Of a stretch of 64,000 bases of DNA, positions 50,468 to 62,473 are shown piece by piece (position 1 is the stretch's first letter; every line of letters begins with the position of its first letter). This DNA comes from an uncultured Phycisphaerales bacterium (lineage in GTDB: Bacteria; Planctomycetota; Phycisphaerae; Phycisphaerales; SM1A02). A program made the translations under genes and the position numbers. The DNA lies in the NCBI GenBank assembly GCA_938084645.1, contig CALKEP010000002.1, positions 1 through 64,000 on the forward strand, in the 5' to 3' direction. The notes under the pieces were generated by a model. That model was not told the DNA's origin. It saw only the letters and a program-made list of their open reading frames with translations, and searched no databases.

Positions 50468-51529
50468 TCAGGCGATGGTGATCGAGTCGTCGAGGTAGAC
50501 GTCCTGGATCTTGTTCAGCAGTTCGATGCCCTCGGCCATCGGCCGCTGGAAGGCCTTCCGCCCCGAGATCATGCCCATGCCGCCGGCCCGCTTGTTGATG
50601 ACCGACGTCCGGACCGCCTGTCCGAAGTCGTTCTCGCCGCTTCCGCCGCCGGAGTTGATGAGCCCGGCCCGACCGCAGTAGCAGTTGAGGACCTGGTATC
50701 GGGTGAGATCGATCGGGTGATCGGTGCAGAGTTCGGTGTAGATGCGGTCGTCGAACTTGCCGTAGCTCGAGTCGCCCATGTTGAGCATCTCGTAGCCGCC
50801 GTTCAGTTCAGGCTGCTTCTGCTTGATGATGTCCGCCTCGATGGTCACCCCGAGGTGGTTCGCCTGCGCCGTCAGGTCGGACGAGACGTGATAGTCCTTG
50901 CCGTCCTTCTTGAACGCGTCGTTGCGGAGATAGCACCACAGGATGGTGGCCATGCCGAGCTCGTGGGCCCGGTGGAACGCCTCCGAGACCTCGATGATCT
51001 GTCGGTCCGAATCCTCGGATCCGAAGTAGATCGTCGCACCGACCGCCGCGGCGCCGAGTTCCCACGCCTCGTCGACGGAGCCGAACATGATCTGGCTGAA
51101 GTGGTTCGGGTAGGTCAGCAGTTCGTTGTGATTCAACTTCACGATGAAGGGGATGCGGTGGGCGTACTTCCGGCTCACGCTGCCCAGCACCCCGAAGGTG
51201 GTCGCGACCGCGTTGCATCCGCCCTCGATGGCGAGTTCGACGATCTTCTCGCCATCGAAGTAGATCGGGTTCTTCGCGAAACTTGCGCCGGCGGCGTGTT
51301 CGATGCCCTGATCCACCGGAAGAATCGACACGTATCCGGTCCCGCCGAGCCGGCCGTGGTCGTAGATCGACTGGATGTTCCGCATGACCTGCGGGTTCCG
51401 ATCGCTCGTCGACCAGATCCGGTCGACGAAGTCGGGTCCGGGGAGGTGGAGCAGGTCCTTGGAGACCTTGGCGGAGTGGTTGAGCAGGTCTTCGGCCTCG
51501 GCGCCGAGCAGTTCGTGGATTGACGTCAT
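50468..51529 (-). CDS. fbaB: Class I fructose-bisphosphate aldolase (FbaB/DhnA)
   Basis: [31 protein letters not shown]. Confidence 0.96.
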   Translation of the reverse strand: MTSIHELLGAEAEDLLNHSAKVSKDLLHLPGPDFVDRIWSTSDRNPQVMRNIQSIYDHGRLGGTGYVSILPVDQGIEHAAGASFAKNPIYFDGEKIVELAIEGGCNAVATTFGVLGSVSRKYAHRIPFIVKLNHNELLTYPNHFSQIMFGSVDEAWELGAAAVGATIYFGSEDSDRQIIEVSEAFHRAHELGMATILWCYLRNDAFKKDGKDYHVSSDLTAQANHLGVTIEADIIKQKQPELNGGYEMLNMGDSSYGKFDDRIYTELCTDHPIDLTRYQVLNCYCGRAGLINSGGGSGENDFGQAVRTSVINKRAGGMGMISGRKAFQRPMAEGIELLNKIQDVYLDDSITIA

Positions 51530-51714
51530 CTTCGGTTCGCTTCCGGGACGGTTCTTCGGGATCGGGGGGATCGGGGATCGTCTCCCGCAAGCCCGCATGA
51601 TAGGAGAAACCGAGCGGATGGAATCCGTCGCCCGTCGAGGGGTGTCGGAGATGGTGATCGGTGAATCCACGTCCGCGGGACCGGTGCCCTCGAACCCGTA
51701 CAATCCCGTCTTCC

Positions 51715-52830
51715 ATGGCAGCGAACCTCCTTCTCCTGATCCTCTCCGTCGGCGTCCTCGTCGCGGGAGCGGAACTCCTGGTCCGCGGCGCCGGGAGGCT
51801 CGCCCTTCGGTTCGGCGTGTCCCACTTCGTGATCGGCGTCACGGTGGTCGGCTTCGGCACCAGTGCGCCGGAGCTCGCCGCCTCGATCGCCTCCGCGACC
51901 ACCGGGCACGCGGAAATCGCGATCGGGAACGTGATCGGGTCGAACATCATGAACATCGCCCTCGTCCTGGGCGTGACCGCGATGATCGCCCCGATCCCCG
52001 TCAATCGAGGGATCATCCGCCGCGAGACGGTGGTCATGATCGCGGTGAGCTTCGTTCCACTCGCGGCGCTCGCGACCCACCGGACCATCGGACGCCTCTT
52101 CGGCGCGACGATGACCGTCACCCTGCTCGCATTCCTCTGGTGGTCGTTCACCTCGAGCCGCCGCGACGGCGGTCATCCCGCCGAGGACGAGTCGATCCCC
52201 GCCGCGCCCGCGCGGGGCGCCATGTCGATGCTGATCGACGTGGTGGTGATGGTCGCCGGCCTCGTGCTGCTGGTTCTCGGTGCCGATCGTCTCGTGTCCT
52301 CCGCGACGGAGGTCGCTCGCGGACTCGGGGTCTCCGAGGTGGTGATCGGCCTCACGATCGTCGCCGGAGGCACCAGCGCTCCGGAGCTCGCCACGAGTCT
52401 CATCGCGGTCGCGCGAGGCCGGACGGATCTCGGCGTCGGCAACATCCTGGGTTCGTGCATCTTCAACATCCTCGGAATCCTCGGAATCACCGCCATCGTC
52501 ACCCCGATCGAGATTCCGATCGAAGTCTTCCAGTTCGATCTCCCGGTGATGATCCTGGTCGCGATCGCCACGGTTCCGATCCTCTTCTCCGGGCATCGGA
52601 TCAGCAGGCTTGAAGGCGTCCTGCTCACCACTTCCTTCGTCCTCTACACCGTGATGCTCTTCGCGGGGTGGCCGTTCCCCGCCGATCGGGGGACCGCGGT
52701 GGATTCGCCCACCTCCGCCGTGGAGCCGGATCGGACGGCCGTCGTCGAGGCCGCCGCGAGACCGCCCGGAGGCGATCAGGCGATCGCCGCGTCGATCCAG
52801 CCGCCGCCGAGGACCAGCTCGCCGTCGTAA
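51715..52830 (+). CDS. Calcium/sodium antiporter (YrbG family)
   Basis: Two alpha repeats GTSAPEL...GN(V/I)xGS. Confidence 0.93.
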   Translation: MAANLLLLILSVGVLVAGAELLVRGAGRLALRFGVSHFVIGVTVVGFGTSAPELAASIASATTGHAEIAIGNVIGSNIMNIALVLGVTAMIAPIPVNRGIIRRETVVMIAVSFVPLAALATHRTIGRLFGATMTVTLLAFLWWSFTSSRRDGGHPAEDESIPAAPARGAMSMLIDVVVMVAGLVLLVLGADRLVSSATEVARGLGVSEVVIGLTIVAGGTSAPELATSLIAVARGRTDLGVGNILGSCIFNILGILGITAIVTPIEIPIEVFQFDLPVMILVAIATVPILFSGHRISRLEGVLLTTSFVLYTVMLFAGWPFPADRGTAVDSPTSAVEPDRTAVVEAAARPPGGDQAIAASIQPPPRTSSPS

Positions 52831-53909
52831 CAGACCACCGCCTGCCCGGGCGCCACCGAGGACTGTCGATCATCGAAACGAACTTCGAGCCGATCGTCCC
52901 CCACCATTCTCACCGTCGCGGGCACGGGCTCGGCGTTGTATCGGATGCGGACGGTGCAGTCCCGCGCCGCGATCGGCGGTTCGACCAGCCAGTTGGTCTG
53001 GCTCGCGAGACAGCCGCTTGAAAGCAGCGCTTCCCGATCTCCGACCGTGATGGTGTTGGCGACGGGATCCTTCGCGACCACGTAGATCGGCCGCCCGAAG
53101 GCCATGCCGATCTTCCGACGCTGTCCGATCGTGAAGTGCTGATGCCCCGGATGTTCGCCGATGGTCTCGCCCTCGCCGTCCACGATCGCCCCCGGCGTCA
53201 CGCCGGTCGAGGACTTTCGAGCGACGAGCCCCGCGTAGTCGTCGTTGGGGACGAAACAGATCTCCTGGGAGTCCGGCTTGTCGAAGACCGGCAGATCGAA
53301 CTCCTCCGCGAGCTCGCGAACCCGGGCCTTCGGCAGTCCCCCCACCGGAAGCACCATCTCGCCGAGCCGGTCGGCGGGCGTGCCGAAGAGCACGTACGAC
53401 TGGTCCTTGCCGTGGTCGACGCCGCGAAGCAGGCGACGTCCGCCGCCCTCGGTCGCGGCCTCGACCCGCGCGTAGTGTCCACTCGCCACGTGCGTCGCCC
53501 CGATCTGGCCGGCGTACTCGTGCAGTCGCCCGAACTTGAGCCAGTCGTTGCAGCGCACGCAGGGATTGGGCGTCCGACCCGCGTCGTATTCGGCGACGAA
53601 GTGGTCGATGATCCGCCCGAACTCCTTCTTGAAGTTGACCACGTAGAAGGGCACGTCGAGCTTCGCGGCGACGAGCCGGGCGTCTTCGGCGTCGCCGACC
53701 GAGCAGCAGCCCTGCTTCCCGATCCGGATCTTCGAGGTGTCGCAGGTCTCTCCCGGGATCAGTTCCTCGAGGGCGTCCCCGGGGGAGCCCAGCCGCATGA
53801 ACACCCCGACGACGTCGTGGCCGGCGGACCGCAGGAGTGCGGCGGCGACCGAGGAGTCGACGCCGCCGCTCATCGCGACGAGAATCTTGGTCGGGCGTTC
53901 GGGAATCAC
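52776..53909 (-). CDS. mnmA: tRNA 2-thiouridylase MnmA
   Basis: SGGVDSS, TPNPCVRCN, GHYAR, KDQSY, DSQEICF, TIGQR. Confidence 0.97.
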   Translation of the reverse strand: MIPERPTKILVAMSGGVDSSVAAALLRSAGHDVVGVFMRLGSPGDALEELIPGETCDTSKIRIGKQGCCSVGDAEDARLVAAKLDVPFYVVNFKKEFGRIIDHFVAEYDAGRTPNPCVRCNDWLKFGRLHEYAGQIGATHVASGHYARVEAATEGGGRRLLRGVDHGKDQSYVLFGTPADRLGEMVLPVGGLPKARVRELAEEFDLPVFDKPDSQEICFVPNDDYAGLVARKSSTGVTPGAIVDGEGETIGEHPGHQHFTIGQRRKIGMAFGRPIYVVAKDPVANTITVGDREALLSSGCLASQTNWLVEPPIAARDCTVRIRYNAEPVPATVRMVGDDRLEVRFDDRQSSVAPGQAVVCYDGELVLGGGWIDAAIA

Positions 53910-54049
53910 GCCGACATCCTACGAACCTCGGCCGCTCCCTCGCCGCATCCGGGATGGCGATTCGGCACAATGCGAGCCCGCCGTGGTCGCTGCCGACCGG
54001 GGCGGACGCTCCGAACCCGATCCGAACCCACGAAGAAAGGCGAAGTCCG

Positions 54050-54568
54050 ATGCATCAGGACCTCTGGGCCCCCTGGCGAATGGCGTACCTCCGGGATCTC
54101 GAACGACGCCGGGCCGAGATCCCCGAGGGAGAACCGGTCCTGTCCGACTTCATCGCGGCGGCCTGGGATGCACCGGACCGCGATGAGGAGATGCTCGTGG
54201 TGCATCGGAGCGACGAGGGCCTGATCATGCTCAACCGGTTTCCGTATTCCAACGGCCACCTGCTGATCGCCCTCGGGGTCGCGAAACCACGGCTGCTCGA
54301 CCATACGATCGAAGAACGCGCCGCCTTCTGGGGTCTCGTCGACCACGCCGTCGATCTCGTGGAACGCGCCTTCAACCCGCATGGCATCAACATGGGTGTC
54401 AACCAGGGAGATGCCGCCGGCGCCGGACTGCCTGCTCACCTTCATGCCCACGTCGTTCCACGCTGGAACGGGGATGTGAACTTCATGACGTCGATCGGCG
54501 GTCTTCGGGTGGTGCCGGAGTCGCTCGAAGAGGTCCTGGCGACCTATCGAGCCCTTCCGGACCGGTGA
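54050..54568 (+). CDS. HIT family hydrolase
   Basis: LWAPWR, NRFPYSNGH, HLHAHVVPRW. Confidence 0.92.
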   Translation: MHQDLWAPWRMAYLRDLERRRAEIPEGEPVLSDFIAAAWDAPDRDEEMLVVHRSDEGLIMLNRFPYSNGHLLIALGVAKPRLLDHTIEERAAFWGLVDHAVDLVERAFNPHGINMGVNQGDAAGAGLPAHLHAHVVPRWNGDVNFMTSIGGLRVVPESLEEVLATYRALPDR

Positions 54569-54688
54569 CCGATCGAGCGAGTCGAGGCCCACGCCCAGGA
54601 TCACGCCCGGGATGAAGGCCGCGGGGCCGCGTCGAAGGAGAGGACGCCGGTGCGACCCCCGGCGGGTCCGCCACCGATCGATCGGCGG

Positions 54689-54905
54689 GCCGGGTCGTTT
54701 CCCGGCTGGACCGGAACCCGTAGCTCAAACCCCGCGTTTAAGGTGGGTTCGCCGCTCATCGATCCCGACCTTCCACTCCAGACACCACGATTGGTGGGGC
54801 CCGTGAGGCTTGGCCATCGTCGCAAGTCGTACGACCCCGTGGGGTTCGCAACGGTTCGAGACAGGGGGTTCCGGCTCGGCCCGACAGGGGTCGCCCGGCG
54901 TCCTT
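54689..54905 (-). ncRNA. ssrS: Probable 6S RNA
   Basis: About 210-nt rod: gccggg/cccggc terminal pairing, ccggaaccc/gggttccgg stem, internal tcgaacc...cccacct...ggtttga; TAGAGT -10 upstream. Confidence 0.6.
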
Positions 54906-55075
54906 CCCCGAACTCTACCCCCAGTTTTCCCGGGGGTCGAACAATCCGCCGAAACCGCGACGAGACCCGGGACGGAGGTCTTCCCGACGGTTTGACACCC
55001 CGACGAGATGCTGTCAACATTCACCATTCAGGGATCGGATCCGATCCCAAACCGGTTTCTTGAGGATCCACAGAT

Positions 55076-55372
55076 ATGACCACCCGAGCCGCGTTCCGTT
55101 CCAGCTGCCTTCTCCTCGCCGTCACCACCGTCGGTCTCGGCGGTTGTTCCAGCCCCGACGACGTCAGCTTCAACGCCATCAAGGGTGACCTGACCCCGCA
55201 TATCGTCGGTCTCACCGAGCGAGACGTCGACATCGAGTTGAACATGGCGGTCGTGGGCAACCAGAACCTCCGCATGTTCTGGGGTGATCTCGGCCGGATG
55301 TGGCTCTTCGACCGACCGAGCCGTCTGAGCCCGTACGACATCATCTCGACGAGCGGCCAGCCGAGTCAGTGA
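55076..55372 (+). CDS. Small lipoprotein
   Basis: GAGG SD, lipobox LGGC, own terminator. Confidence 0.8.
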   Translation: MTTRAAFRSSCLLLAVTTVGLGGCSSPDDVSFNAIKGDLTPHIVGLTERDVDIELNMAVVGNQNLRMFWGDLGRMWLFDRPSRLSPYDIISTSGQPSQ

Positions 55373-55422
55373 ACCTGACCGCCAACTCGAGGGATCGACG
55401 TCCCTGCAAGCCTGATCCACCC

Positions 55423-55460
55423 CACGGGGTCCCGTATCCGGGACCCCGTGTTCTTTTTTT
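55423..55460 (+). terminator. Rho-independent terminator
   Basis: 12-bp stem cacggggtcccg/cgggaccccgtg followed by ttcttttttt. Confidence 0.9.
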
Positions 55461-55539
55461 CGACTCCCCGCCCGTTTGAAGACGAATCCACCTCGTGCCT
55501 TTCCACCGCCTCGCGACATTCCCGATCCGACTCGTCGTG

Positions 55540-56859
55540 ATGGTGGTCTCGACCTTCCACCCCCGCACGCTGCCGCCGATGCTTCGGCGGAACTACGGAC
55601 GGGAACTCGCGGCCTGGGCGTTTCTGCCGATCATGCTGGGCGGCATCCAGGGCGGCGCGATGGGCGTCGTCGTCAAGAAGACGTTCGCCGGACTGCCGGG
55701 CCTTCCTGAAGCCGGCCTCGATCTCGCCGTCGCGGCGATCGCCGCCTCCACGGCGATCGGAAACCTCACCAGTGGTGCCTGGGCGACCGCGGCGAACGGC
55801 CGTCGCAAGGTCCCCTTCCTGTCCGGCCTGATGCTTGCGACCAGCGCCTGCGTGGCCTGCATGGCCTTCACCCCGCGGACCGCGTTCGGGGCGTGGATGC
55901 TCGTCAGCCTCGTCATCCTCGGATGGATCTTCTGGAGCGCCGTGGTCACGATCCGGACCTCGGTCTGGCGAGCGAACTATCCCGACGCGAGTCGAACCCG
56001 CATCACCGGCCGCCTCGCCACCGTGCAGGTCCTCGTCATGGCGACGGGTGGATTCGTCATCGGCTGGAGCCTCGACCAGAGCGTCGAGTCGATCCGATTC
56101 CTGTTCCCGATCCTCGGAGCGTTCGGCGTGGTCGGCGCGATCCTCTACGGCGGCGTCCGACTCCGCGGACAGAACCGGCTGGCCCGAGCCGAACGCCAGG
56201 GACACCATTCCGAGCGTCCCGCCGTCAATCCACTTTCCGTGCTTCGAGTCCTGCGCGACGATCGTCGGTACGCGGGCTACATGGCCTGCATGATGCTGTT
56301 CGGCACCGGAAATCTCATGATCTCTCCGACGCTGGTGATCATCCTCGAGGACGAGTTCGACACGTCCTACCAGACCGGAATCCTCATCACCACGGTGGTG
56401 CCGCTCGTCGTCATGCCGTTCGCCATCCCGGTGTGGGCCCGACTGCTCGACCGGATGCACGTGATCTCGTTCCGCGCGATCCACTCGTGGTCCTTCGTGC
56501 TGGCGAGCGCCGTCTTCCTCGTGGCCACCGAATACCACCTCCTCCCCCTGCTCTTCGTGGCGTCCGCGCTGCTCGGCATCGGATTCGGAGGCGGGATGCT
56601 CGCGTGGAACCTCGGACACCAGCACTTCGCCCCGCCGCATCGAGACAGCCAGTACATGAGCGTCCACGTGATGCTGACGGGCCTTCGAGGGTTGATCGCT
56701 CCGTTCCTCGGCGTCGCGATCTTCACCGCGCTCGCGGCCAGAGGCCACCCCGGCATGATCTACGCGGTGACCCTCGGACTGAACATCGCGGGGGCGATCG
56801 GATTCCTCATCCTTCGCTCGCGGCAGCCGGCGAATGCGACCATCCCCGGCAAGGCCTAG
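55540..56859 (+). CDS. MFS transporter
   Basis: About 12 TM segments, WARLLDR motif; start uncertain. Confidence 0.82.
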   Translation: MVVSTFHPRTLPPMLRRNYGRELAAWAFLPIMLGGIQGGAMGVVVKKTFAGLPGLPEAGLDLAVAAIAASTAIGNLTSGAWATAANGRRKVPFLSGLMLATSACVACMAFTPRTAFGAWMLVSLVILGWIFWSAVVTIRTSVWRANYPDASRTRITGRLATVQVLVMATGGFVIGWSLDQSVESIRFLFPILGAFGVVGAILYGGVRLRGQNRLARAERQGHHSERPAVNPLSVLRVLRDDRRYAGYMACMMLFGTGNLMISPTLVIILEDEFDTSYQTGILITTVVPLVVMPFAIPVWARLLDRMHVISFRAIHSWSFVLASAVFLVATEYHLLPLLFVASALLGIGFGGGMLAWNLGHQHFAPPHRDSQYMSVHVMLTGLRGLIAPFLGVAIFTALAARGHPGMIYAVTLGLNIAGAIGFLILRSRQPANATIPGKA

Positions 56860-58214
56860 CCGCCCAGTCGCTCGATCACGTACGCGGCCGCGAAGACGCC
56901 GAGCACCGCGATCCCGACCCACGACCAGACGTGCCAGAGTCCGGACGGGCGATCTTCGGGTCGCTGGATCGATCGGAACACGCTTCGGTGATTGAACCAG
57001 GCCAGCGCCGGGGCGGCGATGAAGGACGTCACGGTCACGAAGTCGACGAGTCCGGTGAAGGTGATGCCGTCCTTTCGAGCGAGCCCGAACACCAGGATCG
57101 AGATCGCTCCGATCGCGCCGACGACGAAGACCGACCAGTAGACGGCGGGACTGCCTTCGCAACGCGTCGCTCCGCCCGTCGCGTCGGAGACGCCGTCCGC
57201 AGGACGCGTTCCTTCACCGAACGCCCGGAACAACGCGGCCACCGTTCTCGGGAATCCATCCGCGACGGTGACGGTCGTCGAGAGCATCGCCACGAAGATC
57301 ACCGACGCGATCAGCGGGCGTGACCAGTCACCCAGATTCGCGGTGTACAGCTGGATGATCTGATTGCTGAAACCGACCGATGATCCTCGGAAGTCGACCC
57401 CCGACTCGCGCATCAACGAGGCACCGAGGAGGACGAAGAGCACGGCGAGCACCAGCGTCGAGATGAAACCGGTGTCGAAGTCCTCGAGCACCCGACGCCG
57501 ATCCATCGAACGCCCCCTCGCTCGCGCGATCGTCCAGAGCGAACTCCACACCGCGATGTCGATCGGGGCCGGCATCCATCCCACCATCGCCGCCATCATC
57601 GTCCGGTTCGCCGCGTCGTCGATCGGCGGCAGGAACGTGAGCTCTGCACCCGCGAGTCCGCGAATCGCCATCACCGTGACGACCAGGGTCGCCACCACCA
57701 GCACCGGCATCACGACCTTCATCAGGCCTTCCAGCACGCGATACCCACCCGTCGCGAGCAGGATCGCCGTGACCGCCAGCAGCGCGGCGGAGACCGCCGC
57801 CGCCTGACCGGAATCCGAGGTGACCCCCATCGACCCCAGGACCCCTTCGACCGGCGGTGCGAGACTGAGAAGCAGACCCGCGGTCACGACCGTGACGGCG
57901 GCGAGGGTCGTGAAGAGAATCGACGCGGTCAGGAGGGCGAAAGCGACGAGGACCCATCGCCCCTGAAGGCGATACCCGTGGAGCAGCGATCGACCCGTGA
58001 CCGCCGCGTAATGGGCCCCGAATCGAAACGACGGCCACTTCACCAGACAGCCGATCACCACGACCAGAATCGCCGCGGTGCCCATTTCAGCACCGCCACG
58101 GGTGCTCTGGACGACGTGGGAGACGCCGACCGCGGCACCGGCGAACAGCAGCCCGGGTCCGAATGCCCGCCAACGGCTCGAATTTCGGGATTCACTCGAC
58201 GATGGGGTGGCCAC
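56856..58214 (-). CDS. NRAMP-related (APC superfamily) transporter
   Basis: GPGLLFAGAAVGVSH, GWMPAP.D, AMLSTT..DGFPR; lacks the DPGN motif. Confidence 0.8.
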   Translation of the reverse strand: MATPSSSESRNSSRWRAFGPGLLFAGAAVGVSHVVQSTRGGAEMGTAAILVVVIGCLVKWPSFRFGAHYAAVTGRSLLHGYRLQGRWVLVAFALLTASILFTTLAAVTVVTAGLLLSLAPPVEGVLGSMGVTSDSGQAAAVSAALLAVTAILLATGGYRVLEGLMKVVMPVLVVATLVVTVMAIRGLAGAELTFLPPIDDAANRTMMAAMVGWMPAPIDIAVWSSLWTIARARGRSMDRRRVLEDFDTGFISTLVLAVLFVLLGASLMRESGVDFRGSSVGFSNQIIQLYTANLGDWSRPLIASVIFVAMLSTTVTVADGFPRTVAALFRAFGEGTRPADGVSDATGGATRCEGSPAVYWSVFVVGAIGAISILVFGLARKDGITFTGLVDFVTVTSFIAAPALAWFNHRSVFRSIQRPEDRPSGLWHVWSWVGIAVLGVFAAAYVIERLGG

Positions 58215-58413
58215 GCGTCCGATGGTATCGGGCCGGAACCGACTTTTGTCGACGGGCCCGGGCCCCTATACTTTTCGATTCGTCCGGTCGGCAGGGACCC
58301 TTGCCGGACGAGCGGCTTTCGTCGACGCGCGTCGACCCCGCACCCGCACTCGTCCCCGGTTCGACCCGACCGTCCTCGCGACGGCCCGAGTCAGGAACCC
58401 CCCCAGAAACCAC

Positions 58414-60183
<1,770 letters not shown>

Positions 60184-60217
60184 TCACTCGCCGGTTCGTT
60201 CGAAGGTCGAAGAACAC

Positions 60218-60251
60218 GCGGGCCCGTCCTTCCGAGGACGGGCCCGCATTT
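60218..60251 (+). terminator. Terminator after rpsA
   Basis: 13-bp stem gcgggcccgtcct/aggacgggcccgc followed by attt. Confidence 0.75.
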
Positions 60252-60516
60252 CGTGGGGACCGGCATGCGACCTTAGGGCGGGGTCACCGATCCTCCCGCG
60301 AGAGAGAGTCTTGTGTTGGGTTCAGCACATCGCCATGAAGGTGAGACTGGTGAGCATGACGAGGCGACGACGATGGGCCGAGAACTGGAACAGCTGGAAA
60401 GCGAGCATGGGGTATTCTCCGATCTTTGGTTTTCGAACACCCGAGTCTGCCTCGCCCGCGTCGCGACGCAAGAGCCGACGTCGATTCCACGGCACCGACA
60501 TGAACCGCCAGCCCGC

Positions 60517-62247
60517 ATGATCAGAACCCCCCCCGATGCCGTCCCCGGAAACGCCTTCCGCGACCGAGCCTCATTCGGTTCTCGGACGGTCGTGATGCTT
60601 TCCATTCTCGTGCTCACGGGACTGGCGACCGCGAAACCACCGTCCATGGAGGAGGCCGTCTCCGGCTGGCTTCGGGCGAGGGCCTGGCTCGATGCGAACG
60701 CGCTTCCCGCCGAGACGTCCGAAGAATCCCGGATCGAGATCGCGGGCGCCGAGGCGGTCGGCGTGGTCCTCCGGATGGATGGTCGGTCGATCGGACGCGG
60801 CGACGATCCCGCCGGCGATGATCGGGCCGTGCGACGAGCCCTCGGCCGCGCGCTCGCGCAGGCGTTCGGCAACGAACGGGTCCGCGATCTGCCCGCCGCG
60901 ATTCGAAGCACCCTTCCCTCGCGCCTGGCGCTCGAACTCGAGTTCGCAGGCGTCGACGAACCCCTGCTCGGAGGCACGCTCGCCGCCGCCGCCCGGCGAG
61001 TCCGACCCGGGATCGACGGCATCGCGATCCGACGCGGCACCTCGATCGCGCGGAGCCTGCCCGGACGCGAACTCGCGACCGGGACCGCGGGCGCGACCTC
61101 CTCGACCATCTTCCGACTTCTCGACGAGCTCGGACTCCCTCCCCGGGACCTGCCGCAACTCCGGGAACTGGACCAGGTGTCGCTCCGACGGTTCGAGACG
61201 ATCCGAATCGGCCAGGCCGCGTCGGACGAGTTTCCTCGGGTGCTTCTTCGATCGGGGGACCGCGTGGCGCTCGGCCCCCTCGAGCCCGCGACCATCGAGG
61301 AGACGCGGCGAGGAATCGTCGCGAACATGCTCGGCCATCGGCCGGTGGACGTCGAAGACGCGGCGGACCGCCCCCGATTCCTCGGCGACTACGACCCGAT
61401 CGCGGATCGGCACGAGCCGTTCGAAGCGACTCCCGCCGATCGCCTGCTCGCCGCGTGGGCCTTGGCGGCGAGCGCAACGGCCGGCTCCGGCGACCCCGCG
61501 CTCGACCGCCGATCCAGGGCCACTGCGATCGCCCTGCTCCGCGAGACCACCGATCTTGAATTGCAGGATCCGGCCTGCGCCGATCTCGCGTTGCTCACCG
61601 CCACCGCCCTCGACGACTACCGGGAAATCGGACGGATCCTCGAGAAGATCCAGACGGGACCCGCGCCCGCTGATCCCGTGGGACGAGCACGACGGGCCGC
61701 CGCGATGGGAGCGGCGCCGGCGAACATCGTCGACGACAAGCGCTTCGCGCAGCACTTCGAAGACGCCTGGAGCGCGAACCGCTCGGTCGACGCCATGATC
61801 GCCTCGTTCGAATGGCTGGCGCTCGCCGAGCGGAGCATGCGACGACGGACCGGCGAGGCGTCACCTCGACTCGAGGCGCTGCGGGCCGTCCGGGATTCAC
61901 TCCTGCTTCGACAGGAGACCGACGCGACGACCGACATCGCAGGGGGCCTCGAACTCCGTGCCGGCAGCAGGACCACCGTCGACGCCCGGACGCTTCGACC
62001 GGGCCTCGCCATGGCGATCCTCGAACACCTGCCGAGTGACGACCCGATCGCCAATCGTCGCGGTACCGCGGGCCTCGAGGGAATCATCCGCTTCCTGCGA
62101 CAGCTCGAGACCACGGAACGGGATGCTCGGCTGCTCCCGGGATGGCGGAAAGCCTCGGGCGGCCTCCGCATCGCCCCCTGGTCCGCACGGCAATCCGTCG
62201 CCGCGAACGCGACGGCCGTCCTCCTGCTCCTTGAATCGATCTCCTGA
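60517..62247 (+). CDS. Exported hypothetical protein with AMMECR1-like N-terminal domain and helical C-terminal domain
   Basis: VGVVLRMDGRSIGRG, LELEF, RPGIDGIAIR..LP pattern; start uncertain. Confidence 0.6.
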   Translation: MIRTPPDAVPGNAFRDRASFGSRTVVMLSILVLTGLATAKPPSMEEAVSGWLRARAWLDANALPAETSEESRIEIAGAEAVGVVLRMDGRSIGRGDDPAGDDRAVRRALGRALAQAFGNERVRDLPAAIRSTLPSRLALELEFAGVDEPLLGGTLAAAARRVRPGIDGIAIRRGTSIARSLPGRELATGTAGATSSTIFRLLDELGLPPRDLPQLRELDQVSLRRFETIRIGQAASDEFPRVLLRSGDRVALGPLEPATIEETRRGIVANMLGHRPVDVEDAADRPRFLGDYDPIADRHEPFEATPADRLLAAWALAASATAGSGDPALDRRSRATAIALLRETTDLELQDPACADLALLTATALDDYREIGRILEKIQTGPAPADPVGRARRAAAMGAAPANIVDDKRFAQHFEDAWSANRSVDAMIASFEWLALAERSMRRRTGEASPRLEALRAVRDSLLLRQETDATTDIAGGLELRAGSRTTVDARTLRPGLAMAILEHLPSDDPIANRRGTAGLEGIIRFLRQLETTERDARLLPGWRKASGGLRIAPWSARQSVAANATAVLLLLESIS

Positions 62248-62473
62248 GTCACGAGGCTCGGCCGCCGAAGCCGCGGAATCGGCGATCTCGGGTCACTGGT
62301 GGCCGGCATGCCCCCTCTTCTGGCCTGTGCATGGGGTTTTGTCGGATCCATTCCCTATACTCGACGGACGTTCCATGGGTCTTCTGCGGCAAGAGATGCC
62401 GCCGAGCCACCCGTCGACAAGGTGGAACCGAGAAGCATCCCGATCGTCCAAGCACCGGACTGGAGCCCTCGCC

